A stretch of 64,000 nucleotides of DNA from NCBI GenBank assembly GCA_947365805.1, contig CANAZY010000002.1, positions 597 through 64,596 on the forward strand, written 5' to 3'. Shown piece after piece: positions 1 to 9,599 of the stretch. Origin of the DNA: an uncultured Clostridium sp. (GTDB lineage Bacteria > Bacillota > Clostridia > TANB77 > CAG-508). The first letter of the stretch is position 1. Each line of letters begins with the position of its first letter. Position numbers and translations under genes: made by a program. The notes under the pieces were generated by a model. The model ran no database searches. It saw only the letters and a list, made by a program, of their open reading frames with translations, and had not been told where the DNA came from.

Positions 1-553
1 AGATATTTACCAATAATTGTGGCGATACTTCTGAGCCAATACTAATTCCTGTTGCAATAATATCTTTAATTTGAATATCTCTTTCAATTACTATTAAAGC
101 ACCTGTTCTTGTCTTAGAAAGTTCTACTGCTGCAATAATAATTTTATAAATATCTTCTTTTGTTTTATTTGCAATATCTTTATCAATTCCAAAAAATCTT
201 GTTAATTTATTAGTTCCTAATTGTTCTAATGCTCTTCTTAATTCTGGTTGAAAAATAACAATTAAGGCAAATACTCCCCATGTCATAACAATCCCTAATA
301 AGAAATTTAAAATTCTTAACTGCAAAACATAACTTAATACATTTGCAATAATTAAAAAGAAAATTCCTTTTAATAATTGCCATGCTCTCGAATTTTTTGC
401 AAATTTAATAATCGTTGCTGCTAAAAATATGACAATCGTAATATCTACTACTAGAATAAGTAAACTCATTGGGTTTTGTGAAAATGCATTTAAATACCCT
501 AATATAATATCATCATAGAATTTTTGCATGCTAATATTAAAACTATCTATCAT
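1..553 (-). CDS. cdaA: Diadenylate cyclase CdaA/DacA (partial, runs off window start)
   Basis: Manual translation from ATG at 553: N-terminal TM helices, then IVIFQPELRRALEQLG and KTRTGALIVIER motifs typical of CdaA. Confidence 0.9.
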   Translation of the reverse strand, partial: MIDSFNISMQKFYDDIILGYLNAFSQNPMSLLILVVDITIVIFLAATIIKFAKNSRAWQLLKGIFFLIIANVLSYVLQLRILNFLLGIVMTWGVFALIVIFQPELRRALEQLGTNKLTRFFGIDKDIANKTKEDIYKIIIAAVELSKTRTGALIVIERDIQIKDIIATGISIGSEVSPQLLVNI

Positions 554-569
554 AATTATTCCCTCTTTA

Positions 570-689
570 TTACATCATTAATAAATAATAAATTAATGTA
601 GTGCATGTAGCAAGTACCATTAATCCCGCTAATACTGCTGCCATTATTTTAACAAATAATTGTCCTTTGTTCTTCTTATTTTGACTCAT
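570..689 (-). CDS. Small single-TM membrane protein (DUF4044-like), 39 aa
   Basis: Manual translation MSQNKKNKGQLFVKIMAAVLAGLMVLATCTTLIYYLLMM with GGGAGG RBS upstream; below ORF-track cutoff. Confidence 0.65.
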   Translation of the reverse strand: MSQNKKNKGQLFVKIMAAVLAGLMVLATCTTLIYYLLMM

Positions 690-770
690 TCGTTTTTCCT
701 CCCTTAAATTTATGTACCTGTTATATCATACTTCTTTGTTTTTTTCAAGTGTAATTTTTTCTTAGTTTAG

Positions 771-799
771 CACATTTTAAGTCGAATTTTCATACAATG
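771..799 (+). promoter_or_regulatory. Putative sigma-K/sigma-E type sporulation promoter
   Basis: ACA (772-774), 16-nt spacer, CATACAAT (791-798) upstream of the Cys-rich ORF. Confidence 0.4.
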
Positions 800-845
800 T
801 ATTGTAGCTTGAAAGCTAACAATTATTAAAGGAAGGTAGATTATT

Positions 846-1346
846 ATGGATTTTGAAAAACCATGTTGTCCAGTTGTTGAAGTAGATGGAAACATCGCTT
901 GTGGTAAACAATTTGACTTAGATATCACATTACCATGTGATAATAGAAATGTTATTTACGGTGTAATTCGTGACTGTTACAAAGAGCCAGTATGTGATGC
1001 TGTTGTAAAATTAGTAGAAGTTGTATGTGAATGCGGTAAAGAAGAAAGAAGACCTGTTTCTCATACTTTTACAGATGAAGACGGAGAATTCGTATTTGGA
1101 CCTCTTTGTCCAGACAAAAAATATGAAATTAATTTCTGGGTAGACCAAGTAAAACATGTTAGTGTATGTGCTAAATGTACTCGTGAAGGTAGATGTTTAA
1201 AAGGTGTTAAAATGGATAAATGCGATTGTTTTATCGGAAAGAAAGACGATTGCAAAGAATGTAAACCAGAACACAAACCAGAATGCAAATGTGATTGTAA
1301 GTGCGAATGCAAAGAAGATTGCAAATGCGATAAATGTTGTAGATAA
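846..1346 (+). CDS. Cysteine-rich protein with carboxypeptidase-regulatory-like domain; probable spore coat/exosporium protein
   Basis: About 25 Cys in 166 aa; HTFTDEDGEFVFGPL motif; CKCDCKCEC tail; AAGGAAGGT RBS. Confidence 0.6.
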   Translation: MDFEKPCCPVVEVDGNIACGKQFDLDITLPCDNRNVIYGVIRDCYKEPVCDAVVKLVEVVCECGKEERRPVSHTFTDEDGEFVFGPLCPDKKYEINFWVDQVKHVSVCAKCTREGRCLKGVKMDKCDCFIGKKDDCKECKPEHKPECKCDCKCECKEDCKCDKCCR

Positions 1347-1365
1347 TTGCAATTCTTAATAGGAT

Positions 1366-1396
1366 AAGAGGGAAAACAAATACGTTTTCCCTCTTT
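1366..1396. terminator. Bidirectional intrinsic terminator
   Basis: AAGAGGGAAAAC...GTTTTCCCTCTT inverted repeat between convergent ORFs. Confidence 0.75.
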
Positions 1397-1410
1397 CCCT
1401 GTTTTCTCCT

Positions 1411-1578
1411 TTACTTTTCTTCAGATGCAATTGCGTGTATCACTTCAAGTGCACCTTCTTCATCGAAGTCAAAATCATACATGTTCATATCAGTCCCCTG
1501 AGACATTCCGAAAAGACTTGCAAGATTTTCCTTCCGATGATTTGGGAGATAAAATGAATTGTGAATTATACCTTTCAT
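1411..1578 (-). CDS. Orphan small protein, 55 aa, with in-frame CGG at codon 15
   Basis: GGAGGGAAG RBS; MKGIIHNSFYLPNH(CGG)KENLASLFG...EEK stop just before the terminator. Confidence 0.45.
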   Translation of the reverse strand: MKGIIHNSFYLPNHRKENLASLFGMSQGTDMNMYDFDFDEEGALEVIHAIASEEK

Positions 1579-1703
1579 AATTCTTCCCTCCTACCCATGG
1601 TTGCTTTTTAAGTAACATAATGATTATATCACGAAATCACATAATTGTCATTAATTAAATATCATTAAAATAGCATAATTTTATATAAAGAAAACGAGAA
1701 TCA

Positions 1704-1844
1704 TTAAATGATTCCCATTTTTTTAATAAATTGTTTTCCTTTTTTCATCATTTTATTTTTCTTCATCATATTTCTTTCGTTATACATCATAACAACTCCT
1801 GCAGAAATTAATGTTCCCATAACCATACCTTTTACAAATTTCAT
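1704..1844 (-). CDS. Small YtxH-like membrane-anchored protein, 46 aa
   Basis: Manual translation MKFVKGMVMGTLISAGVVMMYNERNMMKKNK...; AAGGAGG RBS. Confidence 0.6.
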   Translation of the reverse strand: MKFVKGMVMGTLISAGVVMMYNERNMMKKNKMMKKGKQFIKKMGII

Positions 1845-1845
1845 A

Positions 1846-2261
1846 TTATTTCTCCTCCTTAACGTTTAAATTCATATCTTTATTATGTCTCTTTTTTGCA
1901 TCTCTATACTTTTTTACCAAAGAATATATTTCCCATATTGCAATAAATCCTAGAAAAATTCCAAAATATTTTTTTAAATGCACCACATCTAGCTTATTTG
2001 CTATCATTGCTCCAATTACAGCTCCTACAATTCCAGAAACCGCAATAGGAATCCCGAACTTTAAAATCAATATATTTTTGTTTGATATTGGTAATAATTG
2101 CAACAATCGAAGTAGGAATAAAAAATACTAAATTGCTTGCTTGTGCAATATGCTGTTCTACTCCCATAAACATGGAAAGGCACAGAATTAAAATGGTTCC
2201 TCCTCCCATTCCCATACCGACTTACAAAACCAGATAACATTCCAATTAAAATTTCAATCAT
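1846..2261 (-). CDS. TauE/SafE-family sulfite exporter half-protein, read through two +1 CGG recoding sites (2217-2219, 2054-2056)
   Basis: Three overlapping ORFs join to MIEILIGMLSGFVS-G-MGMGGGTILI...IDFKV-G-IPIAVSGIVGA; paralogous to intact neighbour 2271-2636. Confidence 0.85.
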
Positions 2262-2270
2262 TCTCTTCTC

Positions 2271-2636
2271 CTATGCTATTATCATACGAATCGATACATA
2301 AATTAGAAAAACAGTAAAAGATGCTTTTAAATAAATATCTGGTATCTTTTTTAAATATTTTGACCCCAGATACCCTCCTATCATACCACCTATTGCACAT
2401 AAAGCTCCCATTTTCCAATCAATAAAATCATTCTTATAATAAAAAATTCCACTTGTAATTACCATTGGCAAGATTACAAAAAGAGAGGTAGCTCTTGCTT
2501 TTCCCTCTTCAACTCCCATCAAATAAACTAGAGCAGGAACAACAATCATTCCTCCGCCTGTCGCAAATAACCCACTTACCAATCCTGCCATTAATCCAAT
2601 TACCAATTTTTTTAGCATATTTTTCATCTCACTCAT
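2271..2636 (-). CDS. TauE/SafE-family sulfite exporter half-protein
   Basis: GLVSGLFATGGGMIVVP and ARATSL motifs, hydrophobic helices. Confidence 0.85.
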   Translation of the reverse strand: MSEMKNMLKKLVIGLMAGLVSGLFATGGGMIVVPALVYLMGVEEGKARATSLFVILPMVITSGIFYYKNDFIDWKMGALCAIGGMIGGYLGSKYLKKIPDIYLKASFTVFLIYVSIRMIIA

Positions 2637-2826
2637 TTTTTATTATTTTTATTATTCGTACTTTTTTTACTTTTATACTCTTTTATCCTTTTCTTCTCTT
2701 TTTTGTTACTTTTAATGTATTAAAAATTACTTTTAGCGTTATATTATTTTCATTTTGTGTAACTTTAATACATTAAGTGATAAAATACAAAATAGTGTTA
2801 GGAATTTATAGAAAGGATTTAAAATT

Positions 2827-3039
2827 ATGATAAAAATTAAACTTTCCGATTTATTAGGAAAACATAAAATGACGCAAAAGTCCTTATCTGAACTTACTGG
2901 GATTCGCCCTGCTACCATTTCACAAATGTATTATGAAGAAACGAAAAGAATTGATGTAAAACATCTAAATAATATTTGTAAAGTTTTCGATTGTGAAATA
3001 TCGGAATTATTAGAATACATACCAGAAGAGCAAAAATAA
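2827..3039 (+). CDS. Cro/C1-type (HTH_26) transcriptional regulator
   Basis: MTQKSLSELTGIRPATIS...ICKVFDCEISELLEY pattern. Confidence 0.85.
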   Translation: MIKIKLSDLLGKHKMTQKSLSELTGIRPATISQMYYEETKRIDVKHLNNICKVFDCEISELLEYIPEEQK

Positions 3040-3064
3040 GAACTGCATTTTCATGCAGTTCTTT
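3037..3064. terminator. Bidirectional terminator
   Basis: AAGAACTGCAT...ATGCAGTTCTT inverted repeat between convergent genes. Confidence 0.7.
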
Positions 3065-3065
3065 A

Positions 3066-4308
3066 TTATTCTACGGTATCATCTTTTCTGTAATACTTTG
3101 TTCCTAGCATCTTATCTGGCAAATATTGTTGCTCTACCACATGCCCTGGATAATCGTGTGGATATTTATATCCTTCACCATACCCAAATTGTTGCATTCC
3201 TTCTGCTGGAGCATTTCTGATATGCATTGGAATTTCTCCTGTATCTTTTGAAGATACATCTTCTAATGCTTTATTAATTGCTAAGTAACTTGCGTTGGAT
3301 TTTTTAGAAGTTGCAAGATACACTGCTGCTTCACTTAAAATAATTCTTGCTTCTGGCATTCCAACCATGGTAACTGCTTGCATCGCTGAAGTTGCAACAA
3401 CAAGTGCATTTGGATTTGCCATTCCTACATCTTCTGCTGCTGCAATTACAATCCTTCTTGCCAAAAATACAGGATCTTCTCCTCCATTTAAGGCTCTTGC
3501 CAAGTAAAACACAGTTGCATCTGGGTCACTTCCACGCATAGATTTGATAAAAGCACTAATATTATCATAATGAGAATCTCCATTTTTATCAAAGATTGCT
3601 TTTCTCTTTCGAATGCAATCTTTAGCAATTTCATTCGTTATATGAATATAACCATCTGCCTCTACTTTTGTGGTAAGAACTGCTACTTCTAATCCATTTA
3701 GTGCTGTTCTTACATCTCCTACTGATACTTCCGCAATTTTTTGTAACGTTTCATCTTCTACTTTTACATTAAAACTCTTTAATCCATCTTCTCTTTCTAG
3801 TGACATTTTTAGTACCTTAAAAATATCTTGTGTGGTTAATGGTTCTAGTTTAAACACCATAGACCTTGAAATTAACGCTTTATTTACTTCAAAATATGGA
3901 TTTTCTGTAGTTGCTCCAATTAAAATAACTGTACCATCTTCTACAAAGGGAAGAAGTGCATCTTGTTGTAATTTATTAAAACGATGAATTTCATCAATAA
4001 ATAAAATACATTTTCCACTTGGGTTTAAAAATACATTTTTTGCTTCTTCTACTGCTTTTTTTATCTCTCCCACACCAGACGTTACGGCATTAATCTTTGT
4101 AAATTTGTATTTAGTTGTTTCGCTAATCACACGTGCAAGTGATGTCTTTCCGGCATCCTGGTGGTCCCCATAAAATAATACTAGATAATCTATCTGCTTG
4201 AATGGTTCTATATAAAATTTTATCTTTTCCTAAGATGTGTTCTTGTCCAACATATTCATCTAATGTCTTCGGCCTCATCCTAAAGGCTAATGGTTGTGAT
4301 AAATCCAT
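3066..4308 (-). CDS. rarA: Replication-associated recombination protein A (RarA/MgsA AAA+ ATPase), +1 CGG recoding site at 4150-4152 inside Walker A
   Basis: PLAFRMRPKTLDEYVGQEH, GPPGC-G-KTSLA after skipping one C, FIDEIHRFNKLQQD, ISAFIKSMRGSDPDA. Confidence 0.92.
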
Positions 4309-4430
4309 ATTCTTTACTCCTTATCATTTATTTTTGTATAATTAATACATTTCTTATCATACTATAGAATATATTATATAATTTTACGAAAAACCTTGAT
4401 TTTTTTATAAAAAATATTATATAATATATA

Positions 4431-4547
4431 TACCAAAAAGAGAAGTCTTTTGTTCGGTCGATAGTTGGATACTGATTTAAATAATTAAGCGTACTGTAAG
4501 TACGTCAGTCCAATTGGGAAGAGATTGCTACAGGCAGTCTCTTTTCT
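4431..4547 (+). ncRNA. Putative DUF3800-associated small RNA
   Basis: sigma-A-like promoter TTGATT(4396)...TATAAT(4420), GC-richer structured tract with CGTAC-TGTAA-GTACG hairpin, terminator GAGATTGC-TACAG-GCAGTCTC-TTTT; convergent with the DUF3800 gene. Confidence 0.55.
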
Positions 4548-5294
4548 TTATGGTAAAAATACTTTATAATCTACAAAACTGATTTTTTTATTAAATTCAA
4601 CTATATTATTACTTTCATTTAAATATAATCTTCTAACTGTTCCAGCTACTAAATCAGATGCTTGTATCAAATAACTTTTATCTGATTTTTGATAACATAA
4701 TGAAATATCCAAATCTGAATATATAATTGGTTCGTAAGATGTCTTATAGTTATAATTATATATCCCATATTTTAATTCTTCTAAAATACCATTTCTTAAA
4801 TTGTAATATCCATTTGTTTTTGTTGTTTGTTCATCAATATTTAATATTAATTTCACTGGTTTTTGCGGATTTATTTTTTGTGCTTTTATTAAACCTTTTA
4901 TTGTATCTTTGATAAGTAATTTTATAGAATAATCTAAAAACCTTCCTCTTGATGCCTTATCTTGTTTTATTCTATCATACACCTTGTCATTATCAATAAT
5001 ACAGCATATGATAGAATATTTTTTTATATAATTCATAAGTTGTCTATTATGTTTTGCTTTTAACATATTGTGTTTTAATTCTGGGCAAGACTTATTACTT
5101 TTACAATTTGCAATCTGTTTTGAGCAATATTTGCATTTAATACTATTTATAATACTTCTATATTGTGTAATAAATTTATCTTTCTCAGTTTTAGACAAAA
5201 AAACCAAACCTGCATAAACAGCAACTTTTTCACTGTTTACTAATTTTCCAGAATCATCTATGTTAATATAAATGGTTTGAATATCTTGTGCCAT
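4548..5294 (-). CDS. DUF3800 domain protein
   Basis: N-terminal IYINIDDSGK, central IDEQ and C-terminal IQASDLVAG motifs. Confidence 0.75.
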   Translation of the reverse strand: MAQDIQTIYINIDDSGKLVNSEKVAVYAGLVFLSKTEKDKFITQYRSIINSIKCKYCSKQIANCKSNKSCPELKHNMLKAKHNRQLMNYIKKYSIICCIIDNDKVYDRIKQDKASRGRFLDYSIKLLIKDTIKGLIKAQKINPQKPVKLILNIDEQTTKTNGYYNLRNGILEELKYGIYNYNYKTSYEPIIYSDLDISLCYQKSDKSYLIQASDLVAGTVRRLYLNESNNIVEFNKKISFVDYKVFLP

Positions 5295-5357
5295 ATCGTG
5301 TTTCCTCTTTTCTTATGTTTTCTTCTTCCCCCATTTATTAACCCCTTATAAAATTTC

Positions 5358-5960
5358 TTATTTTGCTAAAGTTGATAATCCTTTTCTTATCATATCTTCT
5401 AGAGATACATTTTCTATATCCATTTTTTCAAATACTTTTTCAATTTCTTTTCTGTTATATCCTAATACTTGTAATGCTGAAATTGCTTCTTGTAGTTTAT
5501 TGTCATCTACAATTGCTTCTTGTAACTTAGTAGAGGTTTCTTGTGATTTTGCTTCTATTGTTTTTATTTTGTCTTTTAATTCTAATATAATTCTTGCTGC
5601 TGATTTTGCTCCAACTCCTGGAATTTTTACTAGTTTTGAGGTATCATTTGTAATAACGGCAAGAGCAAAACTAGATGGTGTTATATTGGATAACATTGTA
5701 ATTGCTGATTTTGCTCCGATTCCACTTACTCCTAATAATAACTCAAACATCTTTAGTTCTTCATTGGATAAAAATCCGTATATACTAATATCATCTTCAC
5801 GTACACGGTAGTAAGTGTGCACTTTTATAATAGTACCGATATCTCCAATTTCTTCAATTGCTTTTTCACTCATAAATACTTTATAGCCAAGACCTCCTAC
5901 ATCTATTACAACATAGTTATCAAATTTCATTTCTAAACTTCCTTTAATATAGGCAAGCAT
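5358..5960 (-). CDS. ruvA: Holliday junction branch migration protein RuvA
   Basis: VIDVGGLGY, VREDDISIYGF, VSGIGAKSA, IPGVGAKSAARIILELK, ALQVLGY. Confidence 0.95.
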   Translation of the reverse strand: MLAYIKGSLEMKFDNYVVIDVGGLGYKVFMSEKAIEEIGDIGTIIKVHTYYRVREDDISIYGFLSNEELKMFELLLGVSGIGAKSAITMLSNITPSSFALAVITNDTSKLVKIPGVGAKSAARIILELKDKIKTIEAKSQETSTKLQEAIVDDNKLQEAISALQVLGYNRKEIEKVFEKMDIENVSLEDMIRKGLSTLAK

Positions 5961-6082
5961 TTTATCCTCCTTAATTTTGCAAACAAATTTTCTTATCTTA
6001 TTTTATACTAAGTTATTTTATTTTGCAAGTATTATTTTTATTTTTTATAATAACAATTAAAAGTCGAAACTAAGTTCCGACT

Positions 6083-7177
6083 TTATTTTTCTAGCCACAA
6101 ATTATAAACATGCATTGTTGCAGTTGTTGCTGAAGATGTATAATTTTTTCCGTAAACAATATCATATATTCCTACCAATCCATCTATATTAAGAGTATCT
6201 ATTTGTCTTGCTCTTTTTACAGTATTGTCACTTTTACAATCTACCCATACTGTACCTGTGTAGCCTGTACAATTTTTCCATCTTTCAAAATCCTTATCTA
6301 TTGTAGTATTTGTTTGCTTTGTTGCTAAAAAAATTATACATTCCTTTCCTTTGCTAATAATCTCAGAATCTATCTTTACTGCTTTGTAATCCGTAATTTC
6401 ATAAGGAAAATACCAGCCTCCACGAAGGTCTCTTAAATTAATTACTATCTTTAAATAACCATCTTCATCTTGACTTACTGTAGCTCTGTCACTCACCCCA
6501 TTAACTTGCAATTTTCCCTCTTTTATGATATAAGTTCTTTCGCCAGTTTCTATCGTTATTGGCATAGATTCTTTTGTATTTCCTTTTTCATCTGTTACTA
6601 TTACTGTTATTTTATATTTCGTTTTTGGTTCCAAGTTCTCTAATGTAAATATACTTTTATCTGTTTCTTGTTCATTTTCACCATTTACTTTATATTGATA
6701 TTTTGTAATTTTTCCCTTCGTTGATGATGCTTCAATACATATATCACAACTGCTTGTTCCAATATACGTTGGCGTAACTTTAATTTTAATTGGATTTGTT
6801 GTTTTTCCTTCTACATGTACTTTATATTCTTCATCTATCCAATATTCATATCCTTTATATTCTCCTATCATATTTTCATGAATTGTAATATCTTGCAATT
6901 TATTTGGCAATTTTTCTATTATATCCTTATCTAAATCTGTTTGTTTTTCTTTTAATTTTAATTCTGTTTGTATGTCTAATATTGCTATTTCTATTTCTTG
7001 TTTTACTTCTGCTTTATCATATTTTTCTTTACTTTTTTGTGCAATTGATATTATTCCATTGTCTTTTATCATTAAGATAATTACTACTCCTGTAAGTATT
7101 AACATTACAATTATTGTAATAATTAGAGCAATTAGTGTGATTCCTTTAGTTTGTATTCTTACAATCTTATTTATCAT
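6083..7177 (-). CDS. Type IV pilin-like surface protein with FN3 domain
   Basis: Class III-like signal KG|ITLIALIITIIVMLILTG; LENLEPKTKYKITVIV FN3 motif; ends YNLWLEK. Confidence 0.7.
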   Translation of the reverse strand: MINKIVRIQTKGITLIALIITIIVMLILTGVVIILMIKDNGIISIAQKSKEKYDKAEVKQEIEIAILDIQTELKLKEKQTDLDKDIIEKLPNKLQDITIHENMIGEYKGYEYWIDEEYKVHVEGKTTNPIKIKVTPTYIGTSSCDICIEASSTKGKITKYQYKVNGENEQETDKSIFTLENLEPKTKYKITVIVTDEKGNTKESMPITIETGERTYIIKEGKLQVNGVSDRATVSQDEDGYLKIVINLRDLRGGWYFPYEITDYKAVKIDSEIISKGKECIIFLATKQTNTTIDKDFERWKNCTGYTGTVWVDCKSDNTVKRARQIDTLNIDGLVGIYDIVYGKNYTSSATTATMHVYNLWLEK

Positions 7178-7201
7178 TTAATATTCCTTCTCTCATATGT
7201 G

Positions 7202-8270
7202 TTATTTCTCTAACCATAGGTTATATAGGCACATATTTCTGTCTATATAACCGCTTACTAACTAATACCATTGTAGATAAATAGTACTGCTCTTTCAAAT
7301 CTTCAACATTTAGTTCCCACACTTTGCGACCTTCGCTAGCATTAATCCAAATACGATTAACAAAGTTTGGATATGTGATTTTATTTTCTGCAATACATAA
7401 CTGGGCTGCTCCACTAGGCGCATCTATATTTTTCTTAGCATCTAAGCATATCTTCTTATATGGTGTTAAGTCTATCTTCTTAGCTGATACATAACCACAA
7501 ATTGTAGATTCATTTCCATTAGCTATAAAGTATATATACTCATCTTTCTGCTCTGGCTGAATAACTGTTTGATATCCATCTGTTACAGGATGATTTTCCC
7601 ATTCTATCACTCCTGTATTTTTTCCATCTTTTATAAGATAGGTTCTATTGTCTGTTTTTATAGTTATTACATTACTTTCTAATATTTCCCCATTCTTATA
7701 TTCAGCTATTACTTTTACTCTATGGTTTGATTCTGGCTCTAATCCTTCTTTTGTATATTCATCTTCTAATTTCATAATCTCTTCATCATCTATTATATAA
7801 GTGTACTTTGCTATTTCATCTTTATTATATATATAAGAAAGTTTTATCGTAAATGAACTTGTTCCGATATATGGTACAATAATTGCAATTGCCTTTTCTT
7901 TTCCTAAACTTATCCCTATTTTAGGGACACTACGATCAAGTTGAAATCTATAGTCATCTACTATTACAATATCATCATCTACTACCATTCCATTTTCTCG
8001 AATTTTTTTATTAATATATTCTGTTTCATTATATGTGCTATCTATCAGTTTATCTGCTTGTAAATCTAACAATACAAGCTCTAATTTTTCTCTTGCTTGC
8101 TGTTGTTTTGTTTGCAAATTTGCCTGTTGTGCCAACTGAAAAATTCCTCGTTCTCCTATTGTAAAACTAATCGTAATTCCCGCTAAAATTAATAATACAA
8201 TAATTGTTATTATTAGTGCAATTAATGTGATTCCTTTTTTAGCTCTCATATTCTTTGGTTTTCCTTCCAT
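7202..8270 (-). CDS. Type IV pilin-like surface protein with FN3 domain; +1 CGG recoding site at 7251-7253
   Basis: KKG|ITLIALIITIIVLLILAG; GLEPESNHRVKV; skipping C at CGG gives K-G-YIDRNMCLYNLWLEK*, matching the paralog C-terminus. Confidence 0.72.
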
Positions 8271-8468
8271 TTTTTCTTCCTTTATTGTTTCTTATTTTAT
8301 CATAAGTATACTCGTATGTTAAGCAAATTATATATTACCGTTTGGTTAAAGTCAATTCTATTTTTATTATTTTAGTAAAGTTTTGTTTTCTGTTTTTTGA
8401 ATATTTTACTAATATTTTTCTTTTGTATGATATAATAAGATTAGAATCAAAAGGAGATTTTATAGAAT

Positions 8469-9104
8469 ATGAAAAATTATTATGAAATACTAGAAGTGGA
8501 TATTCACGCTTCTAAAGAAGTAATTGATAAAGCATTTAAGGTTCTAGCTAAAAAGTATCATCCAGATACTCAAGATGATGCGAAAAAAGCTTGGGCAGAA
8601 GAACAGTTTAAGATACTAAATGAAGCTTATGAGGTTTTATCAGATGAAACCAAAAGAGAAGAATATACGAAAGAATTAGAATTTGATAAAAATGGTCAAC
8701 TAAATGCATTAATGTTAAAAAATGCTGATTTAGAAATTCAAATAGAAAACTTACAAATTGAATTAGAAACATTAAAACATACTTCTAATTTCCAGTCTTC
8801 TTATACAGATACTTATCAGCCTAACTATGAGAGCCAAACACAATATCAATCTAATAAAAATGTTAATACTTATTATACACAACCTAAATCTGCTGTAAAA
8901 AAAGAAGAACCCATTTACTATGAATCTTATTATCATCCCATAAGAACCAAATTGAAAAGTTTGCTTGCTTTTTGCATAACCATTTTAATTGTTATTTTTA
9001 TTGGATTTATAATTTGGAAAATTCCTTACACTCATAATCTATTAATAGATTTTTACAAAAGCAATTCTGTTATCCAATCTTTTTTTAAATTATTCTATTG
9101 GTAA
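8469..9104 (+). CDS. J-domain (DnaJ-like) protein with C-terminal TM helix
   Basis: NYYEILEV, KYHPD motif, NEAYEVLSD; hydrophobic C-terminal segment. Confidence 0.85.
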   Translation: MKNYYEILEVDIHASKEVIDKAFKVLAKKYHPDTQDDAKKAWAEEQFKILNEAYEVLSDETKREEYTKELEFDKNGQLNALMLKNADLEIQIENLQIELETLKHTSNFQSSYTDTYQPNYESQTQYQSNKNVNTYYTQPKSAVKKEEPIYYESYYHPIRTKLKSLLAFCITILIVIFIGFIIWKIPYTHNLLIDFYKSNSVIQSFFKLFYW

Positions 9105-9176
9105 AACTTAACATATATATTTCTGGTTAATTTATACCTCCTGATGCTATATTATCTATGAAAGGATGGTAAATAT

Positions 9177-9500
9177 ATGGCATTGGATTATAAATTAATT
9201 GGTTCTAGATTAAAACAAGCAAGATTAGAAAAGAAATTAACACAAGAAAATTTAGCAGAAAAATTAGATGTTTCAATTGCTTTTTTAAGTCGTGTAGAAC
9301 GTGGAAGTCTTGATATTAGTTTAAAAAGATTATCTCAAATTTGTGAATTACTTCATGTTACAGAAGGTGCTATTTTAAATGGTACTTCTACAACATCACA
9401 TAATTATTTAAATGAGGATTTTGTTTCTTTGTTAAAAGATTGTCCACCAGAAAAACTGAAACTAATTTACGAGCTTGCAAAAGTTATCGTTGAAAATTAA
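9177..9500 (+). CDS. XRE-family HTH transcriptional regulator
   Basis: IGSRLKQARLEKKLTQENLAEKLDVSIAFLSRVERG. Confidence 0.88.
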   Translation: MALDYKLIGSRLKQARLEKKLTQENLAEKLDVSIAFLSRVERGSLDISLKRLSQICELLHVTEGAILNGTSTTSHNYLNEDFVSLLKDCPPEKLKLIYELAKVIVEN

Positions 9501-9512
9501 AATTTAATTTAA

Positions 9513-9585
9513 AAAAATAAAACATCTTCCTAAAAAAATGATTTGGTAGGTCGAACTCACTTTTTTAGGAAGATATTTTATTTTT
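9513..9585. terminator. Long inverted repeat/terminator between convergent genes
   Basis: AAAATAAAACATCTTCCTAAAAAA...TTTTTTAGGAAGATATTTTATTTT. Confidence 0.6.
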
Positions 9586-9599
9586 TCTGGAATATTATT

